A stretch of 64,000 nucleotides of DNA from contig JARDVH010000099.1 of NCBI GenBank assembly GCA_030324005.1, positions 79,674,098 to 79,738,097 of the forward strand, read 5' to 3'. Both the position numbers and the translations under genes were made by a program. The notes beneath the pieces are model-generated. The model was not told the DNA's origin, did no database searches, and saw only the letters and a list, made by a program, of their open reading frames with translations. Shown in pieces: positions 25,101 through 40,100 of this stretch; positions within the stretch are counted from its first letter, which is position 1, and each line of letters opens with the position of its first letter. The stretch is from Negaprion brevirostris. Lineage: Eukaryota.

Positions 25101-28100
25101 CCTAGAGATTTCAATTGAATTAAACCAACACAAAGAAGCCAGATTTTCACAGGCACCTTGAATATCAAAAGGCAAACTGCACAAACAGTTTTTCAACATG
25201 GTTCCTGACAAAAATAGATTTTGACTTTTAAAAAATTCTTTCATGGGATAGGCCACTGGCAGAGCCAGTATTGTTGCCCTCATCATTGCTAATTGCTCTC
25301 AATTGGAGTGGTTTCTTAGGTCATTTCAGAGGGCAGTTAAGAGTCAACCATTTTGCTATATTGTCTGGAATTACACATAGGCCAAACCAGGTAAGGATAG
25401 CAGGTTTCCTTCCTTAAAAGGACATTAGTGATGGGTTCTTTCGACAATCAATGACAGTTTCATGGTCACCATTACTAAGACTAGCCTTCAATTCTAGATT
25501 TTATTAATTGCATTTAAATTCCACCAATTGCTGTGGGTGGATTTTAATCCACATTCCCAGAGTATTAGCCTCTGAATTACTAGGATCATGGAAAATAGCA
25601 GCAGGGATAATTTGGCCTTTGAAGCCTGCTCTATCATTCAATACGATCACAGTTGATTGTTATCTCAGCATCATACTCCCATGCTTTCCCATGTCCGATT
25701 TGCCAGCGACTTTGCTTCCGCACCACCTCTCTGTTAACGGAGTCTTCAAAATTTTCTTTGCAACAAAACCATCAGAATCCAAGGCCTTGGAGTTTTCCTG
25801 CAGATTGTTGTACAAGCCCACTGCATCAGAACTACAGCAATACAGGGTTCATGATTTCAAGTTTCTAATTACCCCTGTATTGTGCGAGGTGCTCCCAAGC
25901 AATATCCAAAAGAACTCAATGAAGGAAGGTGGCAAAAATCTAAAAGGAGTCTTTGGCTATCATCCAGTCACCAGAAGCCAGAGTGAGCACCACCTGAAAC
26001 TAGCATGTGGTCAAATGAAGCCAAAGCATAAAGGAAACAGAATGAAATTAGTGTTTTAATTTTATACAAGTGCATCAAAAAGGAAGCAGAGTCCACTGTA
26101 AAAAGGTGCTGAATAGATTCCCTTTTACATTTTTGCAATTCAAGGAAACCAAACTTGTTATTGAGGGGAGTGTTCATTAAACCAGCAAAAATCCCCAGGG
26201 AAGAGTAGAAATGGAAACCTTGTTGCCAAAACAGCAAGGGAACTTTGTGAAAATTTATAATGCAGCACACTGAAAATAAAAAAAAATTCCACATTGGTTA
26301 AAAGCAGAGCTTGCTGTATTGATAGGTGGTCCAATAAACAGCCTGCTATCTACTGAAGTTGGGCAGTCACAGCAGTGGGATGTTTTCATTAATGTTCAGC
26401 CTTTTCAGACCATGGAGATGAAAAGTTGATTGATTTAGTCAGAATGAAGTGAAGCAATGGCGAGTGACGTATAAGGATTGCTCCATCAAGTTGCAGATTG
26501 TCTGTTAACAAGATCCGATGATTTCTGAGTACGTCAATCTCAACCAAATCATGAGAACACTCTTATTCTCGGATTCACACAGTCTCGCATATAAAATCCT
26601 AAATCCACGATTGTCATTCAATGTTCATGTTACCACTCATCGCTCATGTTCCTTGAATCGTACTAGTACTGTACAGATTTAAATTTAACTTCTCAGGTTA
26701 GGATGGTGACGGGCAGAGTTTAGAATTGATTGGCACCTCAAGGTGAAATTCTGCAGCAAACCCAACCAAACTCAACATACAGATTCTGCAGTTAATCTGT
26801 AGTTTGTGACACATCTTACATAGATTGGTGACTTCCATTCTGAAGAAGCTATTTAAAGTTAAACACAATACAAGGAAAGGTAGATAAGATTTTTTGGCAG
26901 GCCAGGTGGGAAGTGTGGTGACAGTCAAAGTTACTCCCATATGACATGACATGACTACTGCGAACTCAGAACCAAATCAACTTTTCACAACCCACTTGTG
27001 CAGCAAGGCACAAGTTTATGAATCAGGCTGATTTACTAATCAAAACTAGAGGGTTCTGTCACAAGAAACTGGAACATTAATTCTGCAGGCTGCATTTCTC
27101 GTGGATCGTGGGCCTCTAGCTGAAGAGGCACTCAGCACCATGGTGATTAGCTCTAGTTTAATGTACTGTTTTAGTTAATTAAAACTTCAGCAATAATTCT
27201 GCACACTCATGGAAGTCCCCACACAAATGTTCTGGAAAACAATTCAATAAGCTTGAACTGGACTCAGTTAGTTAGTGATGTGTTTCCACCTTTCCAAACA
27301 ACCTAGCTGATCAAAATAAGATAAACCAATTTGTCCTCCTTTGGGCAGTTTGCAGAAAAACAATTTCAGTAGAAACCAGAAGGAAGTTGATAAAGCTGCT
27401 TAAAACACATTTGGGGCTCTAGGCTTTTTTGAGACAGAGAGAAGTTAGGGTAAACCTTCATGAATCACTGGTTGGTTCACAGCTAGAACATTATGTTCAA
27501 TTGGGGACACCACTTTTAGGATAATCCCAAGGCTTTAGAGAAGACTCTGAGGACGTTTACTAGAATGATAACAAAGATGGGCAAATTCAATTATTTGAAG
27601 AAAGAAGCTGTGATGGTTCTCTTTAGTCCAGAAAAGAGAAAGGTGAGCTTTTGATAGGTTTTCAAACTTTTTTTTTTGAGAGTTTTCCAGATTACACAGG
27701 GAATCAACAACTGGAAGAAGGTAATTGGTGAAAAATTCAAAAGACATTTCTAATTATTTTGCACAGCAAATTGTTTTTATCTGGAATGCAATTCATGGAA
27801 GGGTGTTAGGAACGAATTCAATAATAACTTCCAAAAAGGGAACTGAGTAAACATTTGAAATGTACAGAGCTATGGGAAAGAAAGCAGGTATGTGGCACTA
27901 ATTAAATGGATCTTTCAAAGAGCTGACAGACACAATAGGTCACAACAGGCCCAAAAGTCAATTGTGGACGTGTGCCGAACAGCCTCCTTCTGCACCATCA
28001 CAATTCTGTGATTTTGAAGAGTTCCTTTTGTGCTGTGTGATGATTTTTGCTTTATTCATTCATGGGATGCAAGCATCACTGGCAAGGTCAGTGTTTATTG

Positions 28101-31100
28101 CCAAACCAGTTGTCGCCCTTGAAAAGATGGCAGCGAGCCACATTTTGTTACAATCCTTATATTTTAAGATATGGCTACAATTCTGTTAAGGAGCATGTTC
28201 CAGGATTTTGATGTAGAGTAGCAACATAGTGAAGGAGGAGCAACACAGTTCCAAGTCAAGATGGTGAGAGACTTGGACAAGAACTTGCAGGTGGTGATGT
28301 TTCCAGGCATCAGCTGCCCTTGTCCCAAGTGAGAGATCACAGGTTTGGAAGGGTGTTGTTGTTGAAGCAGCTTTGGTGACTTGCTGCATTGCAACGCATT
28401 GATGCACACTGTTCCTACTGTGCATTAGCAGTGGACGGAGCGAGTGCCAATCAAGTGAACAGCTGTCTTGGATAGTCTGGTTATTGTTGAAGCAGTACTC
28501 ATCCAGACAAGTGGAAAGTATTCCATCACTTGTGCCTTGTAGGTGGCAGACAAGCCAGGAAAGTCAAGCGAGTTACTGACAAAAGTTCGCAGCCTCTAAC
28601 CTGTTCTTGTAACTACAGTATACATATTCTGGTTTAAGGTAACCCCCAGTATACTAATGGTAGGGAGACTCAGTAATGGTAATGCTAGTGAATGCAAATG
28701 GCGATGGTTCAATTCTCTCATGTTGGAGATGTCTGACCCTTGTGGCACAAATATTGCTTCCCATTTATGTGCCCAAGTTTCAATGTTATCCAGATCTTGC
28801 TGCATGCAAAGATGGACAGCTTCAGTATCATTCATGCTCCTCAGACTCTGAACAGCATGCAATGTTGAAGGAAAGTAGCTGAATATGGCTGGACCTAGAA
28901 CACTACCCTGAGGAGCTCCTGCAGCAGTGCCTTGGGGCTGAGATGGTTCATCTTCAGCAAATACAGAACGCTACAACCCCCTGCCCTGCTTCAAAAACCA
29001 TTTATATATTTTCCCCTTGACCCATTATATCTCAAGTGACTTGGCACATTTTTCTGAAGTATTACACAAGTACAAATACGGATTGAAGTAATTAAGTGTT
29101 CATAAAATGATTTTCACCATTCCTAATTTCCTACTTCATGAACTATAGATCTTAAAAATTTTTCTAATTGCTCCTTTCAGCATTATTCTCTATATATTCA
29201 ACCTCCAGTGTCTTCACCACATGCACACTGCAATACACACCACAGCAACTCACTCACTAAGCTTAATGAAAGAACACAGTACCACAATAGCTATCTCAAA
29301 AGATGAGGAATATCATCGGAAACCATTATCTTCCCACCACTATGTTTTTGATAAGCGAGGGGATTAAGGGTTATGGGGAGAGGGCGGGAATGTGGAACTG
29401 AGCCATGACAGATCAGCCATGATCTTATTGAATGGCGGGGCAGGCTCAAAGGGCTAGATGGCCTACTCCTGCTCCTATTTCTTATGTTCAAGTCAAAAAA
29501 CGCACTCACTCAAACATAATTTGCTGTTGCTGCATAATCTTCAGACCAAAAATAAAATCAAATTCCTCACTCAACAGAAGTCTTGACCAAAGCTGCAGCA
29601 GTTCAGGAAGGCAATCCACCACCTTCTCAAGAACTATTACTGTTGCCATAGATACTCAAAGTACAAAAAACATTGCTGAATTATGTACCCTCCCTATTGC
29701 AAGCATATCTTTTTGAGGTGTTATGATTAAAATTGGCCATAGTACTCATGAGGTCTGAATGTTGTGAAGCCTCAAACTCTGCAGACATGTACTCCAGTCT
29801 ACCTATAAGCCCAACAAAATGTTCAGTTAATTCCTTCACTTCACTGTCTCAGTATTAACTGCCCCAAGTTCTCCAATTTTTCCGTAATTGCTGTTCTTTT
29901 ACATTTGTCTTGAACTGATAATAAATCCTGGTCCAAATTATGAATTACAATTCCTACCCTTGCACCTGTTTGTTTTGTGTCAGAACAAAATTTCCGCAGA
30001 TTGGATATAGAGGATTCAACTGATGATGCCCTTGATAAACGGCTGATCATCAACTCGGCTTTGCCATGCCACTGTAAACAGATACTTCACATGATATTGA
30101 ATATGGAAACAAGCTATTTTAGACCTGGTAATGCGCAGTGTGACAGGATTAGTAAATTCTCTCTCAATGAAGCATACTTGAGGAAAGAGCGAACTTTAAC
30201 ACAATGAATTTCACACTCAGTTTGAAGATGAGGAATTTGGGTCTGAAAGTATCTTAAACTAAATGAAGGCAATTACAAAGGTATGAAGGATAAAGTGAAC
30301 TAGAAAAATAGATCACAAGGAGTGACAGATTGAGATATTTCATTATTCTCTCTCAATGGACAATACGTTTGAATACATGAAAAATGTACCATTATTCTTT
30401 TTCTCAACTGAATATTGAGACTTTTGAAAAAAAGACTACCTGAAAAATGCATCATCTGTGGCTAAGGTGAGGATGGTATCAAAATGCAAGTTGTACAATG
30501 TTGCAAAGATCATTGTAGACGAGAGATTGGAAAAACTTTAGAACCAAAAGGGTGACAAAAAGGGGGAAAGTAGAAGGAGTCAATTAGCTAGAAATATATA
30601 ACAGAACTAAGTTATTTTTCAAGTATATAAAAAGGACAGGAGTAGTTGAAGTAAATGACAGTCCCTTTGCATGAGTCTGGGAAATTAATCATGGAAAGCT
30701 GGAAATCAGATTTTGAACAGTATTTTGTATGTCTTCATGGCGGAAGACACAAAAGCATCCATAATAGGAAATCAAAAGGCAATAAAAAGGGGGAGGAACT
30801 TAATTTTCAGCAGAGAAAAAGTATTTTGAAAACTACTGGCACTCAAGACTGAACCACAGTCTCTGTTTTAGAGGCTCTTAAAAAAAAGTAGGCACAGAGA
30901 TAGCTTCTGACAGGGTCTTAAAAAATTGCAAATGTAATGCCCTTTTTCAAGAAATGAGGTGGCAGAAAGCAGGAAACTAAAAAGTCAAGTCAACCTAACA
31001 TCTGTCACTGGGAAAAAGATACTGCCCATGATATTGCAGATGCTATATTAGCACGGATTTCGTTAACCAACAGAAAATAAAACAAGTCATTTTTCAGATT

Positions 31101-34100
31101 GACAAATTGTGTTATCAGTGCTGATGCCTCACTACATACAATTCTAGCATGCACTGTGACCAAGTTTAATTATCCAAAGATAAGTGGGAAAGCATGTTGT
31201 GAGGGGGATACAGAGTCTGCAGATGGATTACCCGAGTAGGCAAAAATTTGGCCGACAAAATAGAACGTAGGGAAAATTAGGTTGTCCATTTTGGTACGAA
31301 TAGAAAAGCAAAATATTTTTCAAAATGAAGACCGACTGTAGAATGCTGCAATTGAAAGGATCTCTGTGACCTTGTACATGAATCACAAAGTTAGCACCCA
31401 AGTACGGAATGTTAGCCTTTATTGAAAGGTGTCAGAGTATAAAATCAAGGAAGTCTTGTTGTAACTGTGCAGAGCATTAGTGAGTCCATAATGACAACAC
31501 TCCATACAGTTTTTGTCACCTTATTGGAAGCAGAGTATATTTTTATTGAAGGAAGTTCAGAGAAGACTCGAAGTTGATTCCTGAAATGAAGGGCTTTTTA
31601 TAAGGAAAGTTTGGATGGGTTGGCCTATACAGTTGTGAAGAATGAAAGATGATTTTATTGAAACGTGTATGATTTTAAGGGATAGACGCTGAGAGAATGT
31701 TTCCCTTCATGAGGGAATTTAGAACAAGGGGGCATTTTAAAAATCAGGATCTTTCCATTTAAGATGGAAATTAGGTAGAATTTCTTCTCAGACGATTAAT
31801 CTTCGGAATTTTCCACCCCCAAATAATGGGTATTGAATGTATTCAAGGCTGAAGTGACAGATTGTTGACCTGCAACAAAGTCATAGGTTATAGGGAGGTA
31901 GGTGTTGAAGTTGAGACCACAATTTAATCAGCCATGNNNNNNNNNNNNNNNNGAACAGGTTCAATGGGCTTACTCCTCTTGTTTCTTATGCTACTTAGTA
32001 TGATACTGGTACTGAACTAATTGCCCAGCAGAATACATACACAATGATAAATCAGGGTGAACAGATTTTAGCAGCACTAAGATACCTGTTAAGGTTTGGC
32101 TTTGACATTTGCCATGCTGACCTCTCAAGAACAAAGGCCGTTATGCATCCTAAACAACTGACTTGTCTGAACACAATTCTCATCTCCAGCCTCTTACTTT
32201 TATTTTGCTAATGCTATATTAATTTTTCAACTTGGCTCTGCTCAGCTTAATCTCAAAATACACCTGTTGTTCAAATTCTAACTGCATACTAATCACCATT
32301 TCTCATTTTTAAAAAAATCATTCCATAACAGTGGAGCTCTTATCTCTTCCATTCCATTTACTTCCTACAATCCAAGGAAATTCATCTCAAGTTTGATTTA
32401 TCTAATCATTCTTTCATGATTTACTTAGCCTTGGTGTACATTTTGCAATCTTAGCAATGAAGTGTCAATAAAACAAACATGAAGAAAATCTCATATTGAG
32501 GCAAAATATGTTCAGTCAAAAGTTTACAGTTACACACACAATGAGCTAAAAATGTCTTCAAGACATTCTTAGACATACATATTCATGTGCCATAAGAATC
32601 AAAGCCACAATTGTGCTTTCATTGCTTTACTATTTACAAACTAAGGGTTCTGATAATTAAAAGAATAATGCACAGCAATGATCCTGGGCTATACTTGATC
32701 AATGGAAATGTCATGAAGGTATGACAAAAGCTACAAATAACACAATACTTGTGCTCATTCGAGTCTACAGCCCAGAAAAAGACAGCAAATGCTTCACTGC
32801 TGTTTAATTAGTTTGATTTTTTAAGCAACAATGCTGAAATTATATTGGGGCACAAAGAAGCAACTAAATGCAAATTTCAGTTCAATTCACCAACACCAGC
32901 AGCTTTCCTCAATTCCATCCACATTAGGGTTTTTGAATTTGATCATTTAAAGTTGCCTTGAGTTGAAAGCTGTTCAAAAAACCATCGTCCTTAGTCAGAA
33001 CTGTCAGATGCATTGGCAATATTCTGGAGGCGTTGCCCATCAGCCTCTGGGTAAGTAAGCAACAGTTGTAACACTATCTTAATCAAAAGACACTGCAGTT
33101 CACACATCAGCTGTGCAGTCAGCCATTCTACACGTGGCTAAGACCTTTCAAGAGCAAGGATATATCGTGGCTGTGCAAAAGTTACCCTGACTTGATAACT
33201 GCTTGGTATAACAGTAACAATTGCACGGCAGATCCTAGTGAAGGTTAATCACCTGGCAAAACTGCATGTAATCGTTTAAGCAGTTGATTATTTTTCTGCA
33301 TCTACTTAAACAGAATTAATTGGAGGAAAGAGGTAGAACAAGATATGGTATGTATGATGTATCCCCTGTCTATTGTCTTAGAGTACTGACTTTTTAAGAT
33401 TTAGTTTTGATATTCTGCACAAGAAAGCTAATTTCCATTGACAAAACCATATTTGCAAAACTATGTATTTGACAAAGAGGCATTAACATTATTCACCTAA
33501 ACGATTCACACAGATGTAAAGATCACACTTCAATTGTAGAGAAAATATTGAACAGCTGCTCAAAGCTGGAATTTAAAAAAAAATTGGGCTATGAAAAGTG
33601 AATTGTTCACAACATTAACATTGAAGTTTAAATGGACAATATTATGATTTTCCCTCAAGGCCTTGGGCAATCTGAAGGACCATGCGCAAATGCATAATTG
33701 AGCCATGCATAAAATGCAATACATCATTTTCANNNNNNNCCATTATAATGATGTCCTGATTGAACTGTGCATATAAAATACAGCAAAAAGTCAAGAATTG
33801 TCCTCACAAAAGGTCACTGTGACATAAACCTAAATTAGTCATAGCACAAGTTTTGCTGCAAATGTTCACCCTCCATCGCAATCAATTCAGTTTTCCTTCT
33901 CTTCTGCTTTCCCAGGGAGCACCACCAGCAAATAAAGTAATTTAAACAATTTAAGAATATTATTTCATTTCAGACAGTTTGCGGTCTCTCTTGCATTTAA
34001 ATCAGTTGTTGATTTCTAAGAAGACTAGACATTGTTTTTTTTTTAAGAATATAAGTGAAAAGGCAGAAAAAAAGGAAAACCTCACACGCACCAAATTGAG

Positions 34101-37100
34101 TATAAAGCTCAAGACTTTCTGGAAGAAACTAGGTTAGAGTCTTGAATAACAGCATCCTCACCGCGTATACAGAGCCACAAGATCATGAAGATCTCAGGAT
34201 CAACTCCAGGTTTTTGTTGGGTTAGTTGACCATGGTGGTGGCAGCACAAAGTGTTTTCAAGATACAGCAGGGTTGAACTCTCTGTACCAAGGTAAAACAG
34301 CCTCTGACATTGACTTGGCTCATACAAGAATGATCACTTGGATTATGCTGTGAAACATTACAGACATCCATGAAAAGTCCAAGTGTACCATCACGAAGAC
34401 AGGAGCAGTAAAAGTTATCAGTGGATGACCCAACCCATCTATTCACCTTTTCTCCAAAATATTAAGAGACAAAACGTTATCTCTCATTAGTGTGAATACA
34501 CAGCAGGTTCAATTTTTGTCACATGATCACAGTATTAACACTACTGAGAAAGGGCATTTTTAACAATTTATGGTTGCAAGTTGTTCATCAAATACTAAAA
34601 CCTGAGACAAAAAAAAACGAGCAATATGGACCATATCAATTTCAGGTTCTGAGCAACTTTCTATTTTGCTACGTAAATTGAACATATTTCAATGAGGACA
34701 GTTCTTGATACTTACCAGACCCAATCTTAATAAGACCATTATGCTGGATGAATATGGTGTCACAAGTCAGGTTGCCGTGGATGATGGGAGGATCACAGGA
34801 GTGGAGGTAGCTGATAAAACAAAAAAAAAATCAATAAACTGAACAACTTGGTAGGTAATGTGGACATGTACAGAACTTTACCAAATTAAAGTTTTCTTTC
34901 CCTAACAGAACGGCACCTTTCAAAAAGAACATAAGGACATAAGAAATAGAAGGAGTAGGCCATCTAGCCCTTCGAGCCTGCCCCACCATTCAATAAGATC
35001 ATGGCTGATCTGANNNNNNNNNNNNNNNNNNNNNNNNNNNNNNNNNNNNNNNNNNNNNNNNNNNNNNNNNNNNNNNNNNNNNNNNNNNNNNNNNNNNNNN
35101 NNNNNNNNNNNNNNNNNNNNNNNNNNNNNNNNNNNNNNNNNNNNNNNNNNNNNNNNNNNNNNNTAATATGTCATTTAAAGCTTATCTATTAGTGTCACAA
35201 GTAGGCTTACATTAACACTGCAATGAAGAGAATATGAAAATCTCCCAGTTGCCACACTCTGCTGCCTGTTCAGGTACACAGAAAATTTAGCAAGTCCCAT
35301 GCACCTAACCAGCATGTCTTTCTGACTGTGGGAGAAAACTGCAGCACCCAGACGAAATCCACATCGGAGAAAGAGAACATGCAAACTCCGCACAGTGACC
35401 CAAACCAAGAACCCAAATTCATGGTGCTGTGAGACAGCAGTGATAACAATTGTGCCATCATTCCAGTCAGTTCCTGACAGACTTCATCTAGAGTCTTAAA
35501 AGTAGTAGTTGCTGAGATAGTACATACATTGGTTTTAATTTTTCAAATTCCCTAGATTCTGAAGTCCCATCATACTTAAGATAGCAAATGTGATTTCTCT
35601 ATTCAAGAAAAGGAAGGAGACAAAAAACAGGGAATTACTTTAGCTTAGCGAGCGCAACATCTGTCATAGGGAAACTTTTAGAATCTGTTATGGAGGTTAT
35701 AGTGGACATTTAGAAAATCTCAACAAAAGTCAGGCAAAAGCAACATGGCTTTGAGAAAGGGAAATCAAATTTGACTCATTTATCAGAGGTCTTTGAGTAG
35801 GTATCATGCAACATGGATAAAAGGGGAACCTATGCATGTACAGCATTTTGATTTCCAGAAGACATTTGACAAGATGCCACATCAAAGATTTGAAGCATAG
35901 AATTTCTACAGCGCAGGAGAACACTCGGCCTATCGAGCCTGCATTGACAACAATCCCACCAGGCCCTATCCCCAAAACCCTACATATTTACTCTGCTAAT
36001 CCCCCTGACACTAAGTGGCAATTTATTATGGTCAATCCACCTAACCCACACATCTTTGGAGTGTGGGAGGAAACTGGAGCAACCAGAGGGAACCCACATA
36101 GACACAGAGAGAAGTACAAATTCCAGTGTCACTCAAGGCCAGAATTGAGCCCAGGTCCCTTGGCAACCCCATGAGTGTAAGAAGTCTGACAACACCAGGT
36201 TTAAGTCCAACCGATTTATTTGATAGTAAACTCACAAGCTTTTGAGNNNNNNNNNNNNNNNNNNNNNNNNNNNNNNNNNNNNNNNNNNNNNNNNNNNNNN
36301 NNNNNNNNNNNNNNNNNNNNNNNNNNNNNNNNNNNNNNNNNNNNNNCGTCCTCATGTGTGCGGAACTTGGCTATCAGTCTCTGCTCAGCGACTCTGCACT
36401 GTCGTGTGTCGTGAAGGCCGCCTCGGAGGATGCTTACCTGAAGGTCAGAGGCCGAATGCCCGTGCACTGAAGTGTTCGCCAACAGGAAGGGAACAGTCTT
36501 GCCTGGTGATTGTTGAGCGATGTTCATTCATCCATCCCCATGAGACAGCGTGCTAACCACTGTTATGCACAGGTTAAAGAGGTGTGAATTGTCTCCAGCT
36601 ATTTGATATTAGCGTGACGTGAACCTAAGATCATTTGGCTGGAGTCAATTCATACCTCTTTAACCTGTGCTTAACCATCTCTACACTCACACGGTCTGTA
36701 CCAGTAAAGACTCGCATTCCAACCATTATCTTATAAATTGAGTCTATGTCTATATATACCCTGTTTGTGAACACAACTTTTCACTCACCTGAAGGAGCAA
36801 CACCCTGAAAGCTTGTACTACCAAATAAACCTGTTGGGCTTTAACCTGGTGTTGTGAGACTTCTTACCATCATATAGTTTAACAGCTCAACCAAAGGGTA
36901 GGCATATTGTCATCTCCCAGATCTCAATCAATACTCACATTTGCCTCCTGCAAGGAGATGCTGAAAACCAACAGTTAGGACTCTCCTTAATTTAACCTCT
37001 TCCTGGAGGTTAGACAGTATCCTGTTAAGAGCTCCTTGCTCTTCATGTCTCAAGAATCGAACAGAAGTTACATTGCTACAGCACTCAATTATTCAGCTGC

Positions 37101-40100
37101 ACTCTGTTACCAAAATCTCCAAATTAGTTTGGATATGTGAAATGGAAAATTAGCAAGTCTGGACAGCCCATTGAAAAACTTTTAGCAGAATGAAAAGCTG
37201 GTATTCATTAATTAAAATACTCAGGGAAAAAGCTCAATGGGCTGAATGAACTTTGCCCATCCCTGATGATGTCCTAATGAATGGACAATCTTTCCAGCTT
37301 GCACATAGAAGACAATCAGGAAAGAAAATGTTGCAGATTTCAAAACTGAATGTTTTTTTGCTTCATCTAATGCTAAATATTCTTACTGCTAGTGCTTAAA
37401 ACAGTTGTTTGCTGTCCTGATTACATAATACTATAAAAACTCACTCACAGTCAAAACAAAAATCAAAAGGATAGACAGATTGAAGGTATCATTCCAGGTT
37501 ATTCAAGATATACCTTCTGCAAATCTAACTAAGGTCCTGATGAACACTCGGGTAGATGGAAAACCATGAAAGCTGGAAGTATGCAATGAAACAGTGCTGA
37601 AAATATACAGCAGGCTGTTCAGCAGAAAGACAGGTAATTTTACAAGAAGTTCGAGGTGAAGGGGTTAAGGCTTGTTTTCAAGTTACAATATTTACATGAC
37701 TAGGCCAGTTAACATTCTTGTGAAAGGCAAACCCAAGATATTGGTGAGCTGGGCCACTGAATTATGGAGGCCATTGACCAGAAATTAATTTTGCTGCAGT
37801 GCAATTAGGGAAAAAGTTGTTGCTTAAAAGAACTGGTGAACAAAGGTTAGAAATGGACTGGAGTATGATGGCTGTCAATACACTACTGAGACTCACTTAG
37901 GTTCATGCAACTGAATAACATTAAAAGACATCTGTGGAGCCATAGCCAAGCAAGAGACAGTGGGTTGAATTTTTCCATCCCACCCACTGTACCAATTATA
38001 GCGGGCAGAACAGAGATTAGGTGACCATTTAGTGGTCCATTGTCTTGGGGTGCACGAGGCCAGAAAATCCCACCCAATGCCTTTTGTAAGTAGTAAAGGA
38101 AGGGGATGTTAAAAGCGTGCGCACCACCAGAATTGAGATTCACTACAGGTCAGGTGACTTCTTACCTCAAGGCAGACAAAATCTGGGTGCACCATCTCTT
38201 CCAAGCCTAGAAACAAACAAAGTTACTGTAAAATACTGTTTTTTGTTAAAAGAAGTCCAGTTTAATTAAATTGGTTTGTATTTACAGTCAAAGCAATCCT
38301 ACATCATTGAATTAATACCTGACAGTGCTCTGCTTTCTAACTTATCTAAACACTGGGCGGTTAGTTCCAGATGCAGCAAGTTGACACTTCCATTTACTCA
38401 TCCACCTTGATGCTGACGTCTATTTACAATTATTTTTAATATATCTGGTCAGTTAACCAGCGAGAATCAATTTTGCTTCACAATGTAATAGAAAGACAGG
38501 ACAAACATTTTTGAAGGGAGATTCTCTTACTGCAAATGGCCTGTCAAGGATCTGATGCACAACCTTTGCTTTCTTAGTGGTTTGCTAAAACTAATTGCAC
38601 TAACCAGCCAGAAGCTAACAGGAATGGGGTAGAGGGAATTATTTAAATATGCCTATTCAATTATGCTGGATTAATGCTCAATCTATCAGGCATTAAAAAA
38701 TCCTAATATGTCTTCATTTCTCCATGCTTCGCATCCATAACAAGTTCACTAATTTCCAACTTTCATAATGGCTGCAGGCAATACACTAAAAGAGGAAGGA
38801 ACTTCGGCTTAGCAGTAGTGTTCGTGCATCTGATTTGTGGTTTTGGATACGAGGTTCACAGTGCTCATGAACAGAGAGTTCCAACCCCAATCCTGGGTAG
38901 ATACCCAGTTGTGCACACTTGTCTAATGCCACTGGAGTGCTGATGCCCTTGACTGCACGTGGTCAGTTGTTCGGCAAAGCTAATGGTACGCCCACACAGA
39001 TTTACATTATGGAAAAAAAACCTAGAGCTCCATCTGCTAGATTAAAATTTATTATCTGGAGTATTTGCCTTCTCTATTCTTGCATCTTACTTTCTGGTGT
39101 GCCTACATTAGAAAAGTAAAGGTAGCCCAAAATGCTGTGGTTAAGATTGCAATACCACCTTCAAAATGCTTTCAAACTGAATATCAGTGTACTGATATCA
39201 AGAAAGAAAGTGGAGAGATGCACATTTTCCACCTTGTAGCCTGTGGCCGTCAAGCATGCGTCAATGAGGGAGCTTCAGACATCCACTTCTGCATGCTATC
39301 CTGATAGCCAAAAAACAGCCCGGAGTCTTTCAGCAGCAGCTTGTGCGTAGTCATTGCGAAGCAAAATATTTCAAATAGTTTTTTGTAAACAGTATTCCAC
39401 AATCTACCTTTTCATTCATAGTTTTGTGGTTCTTCTTAGTTTTCTTCAAAAACTGTTTTAAACTTCCTGATGACATGTATTCTGTTATAAATATAACCTG
39501 CAGGAACATAAACATCACATCAATAACCCATTCAGCAACTCCAAATACATTCAGCAAACATGCTTTCAGAATAGATCATGTGCCCTTCCTCCCTTTATCT
39601 TTCCCCCTCAATTTGTAATATAATAAAACAGTTCTTCTCTGCAGAATATTCAGAGTAAACTAGGTTAAATTTCTCCAAATATCTTTCCTTTAGTATTTTT
39701 AAATATCTTTTCAATATGAAGCACAAAATATCAAATTTGAAACTGTTCAACATTTATCACAGGAAGTACTGGTCAATTTCTGCATGTCAGATAAGCAAAT
39801 TGGAAATTTAAAAACCATAGGTTATCCAGTCATAAGCAAAATAAGGTTCCAATTTTTAAATTTCAACTTCAATAGCATAAACATGGCATCTAGGTAAATC
39901 AGCTAGCAACACTAAGCAGGACAAAGACAGCTTACCCTAGCTTTATTTTCTTTCACATCTGCCCAGTACTTGTGAAATTTCACAATGTTCAGGTGCTCCA
40001 GCTGGATGAGATTGTCGAAGACAGCTTTAACCTTATCCTAAGAACAAAAGTATACTGATCAGAAACAGGTAACCAATTTAATTCCTTCCTTGCTTTGTCA

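Noticed and set aside
25508-26059. 183-aa plus-strand ORF
   Set aside because: It spans SINE and CR1-tail remnants, has no ATG start (TTG) and no recognisable domain.
37225-37300. Hammerhead-like string CTGATGA-T-GTCC-loop-GGAC preceded by an ATGGGC/GCCCAT stem
   Set aside because: The essential GAAA after stem II is missing (AATC) and there is an extra nucleotide in the core. The upstream part looks like a decayed CR1 tail (GCTCAATGGGCTGAATG).
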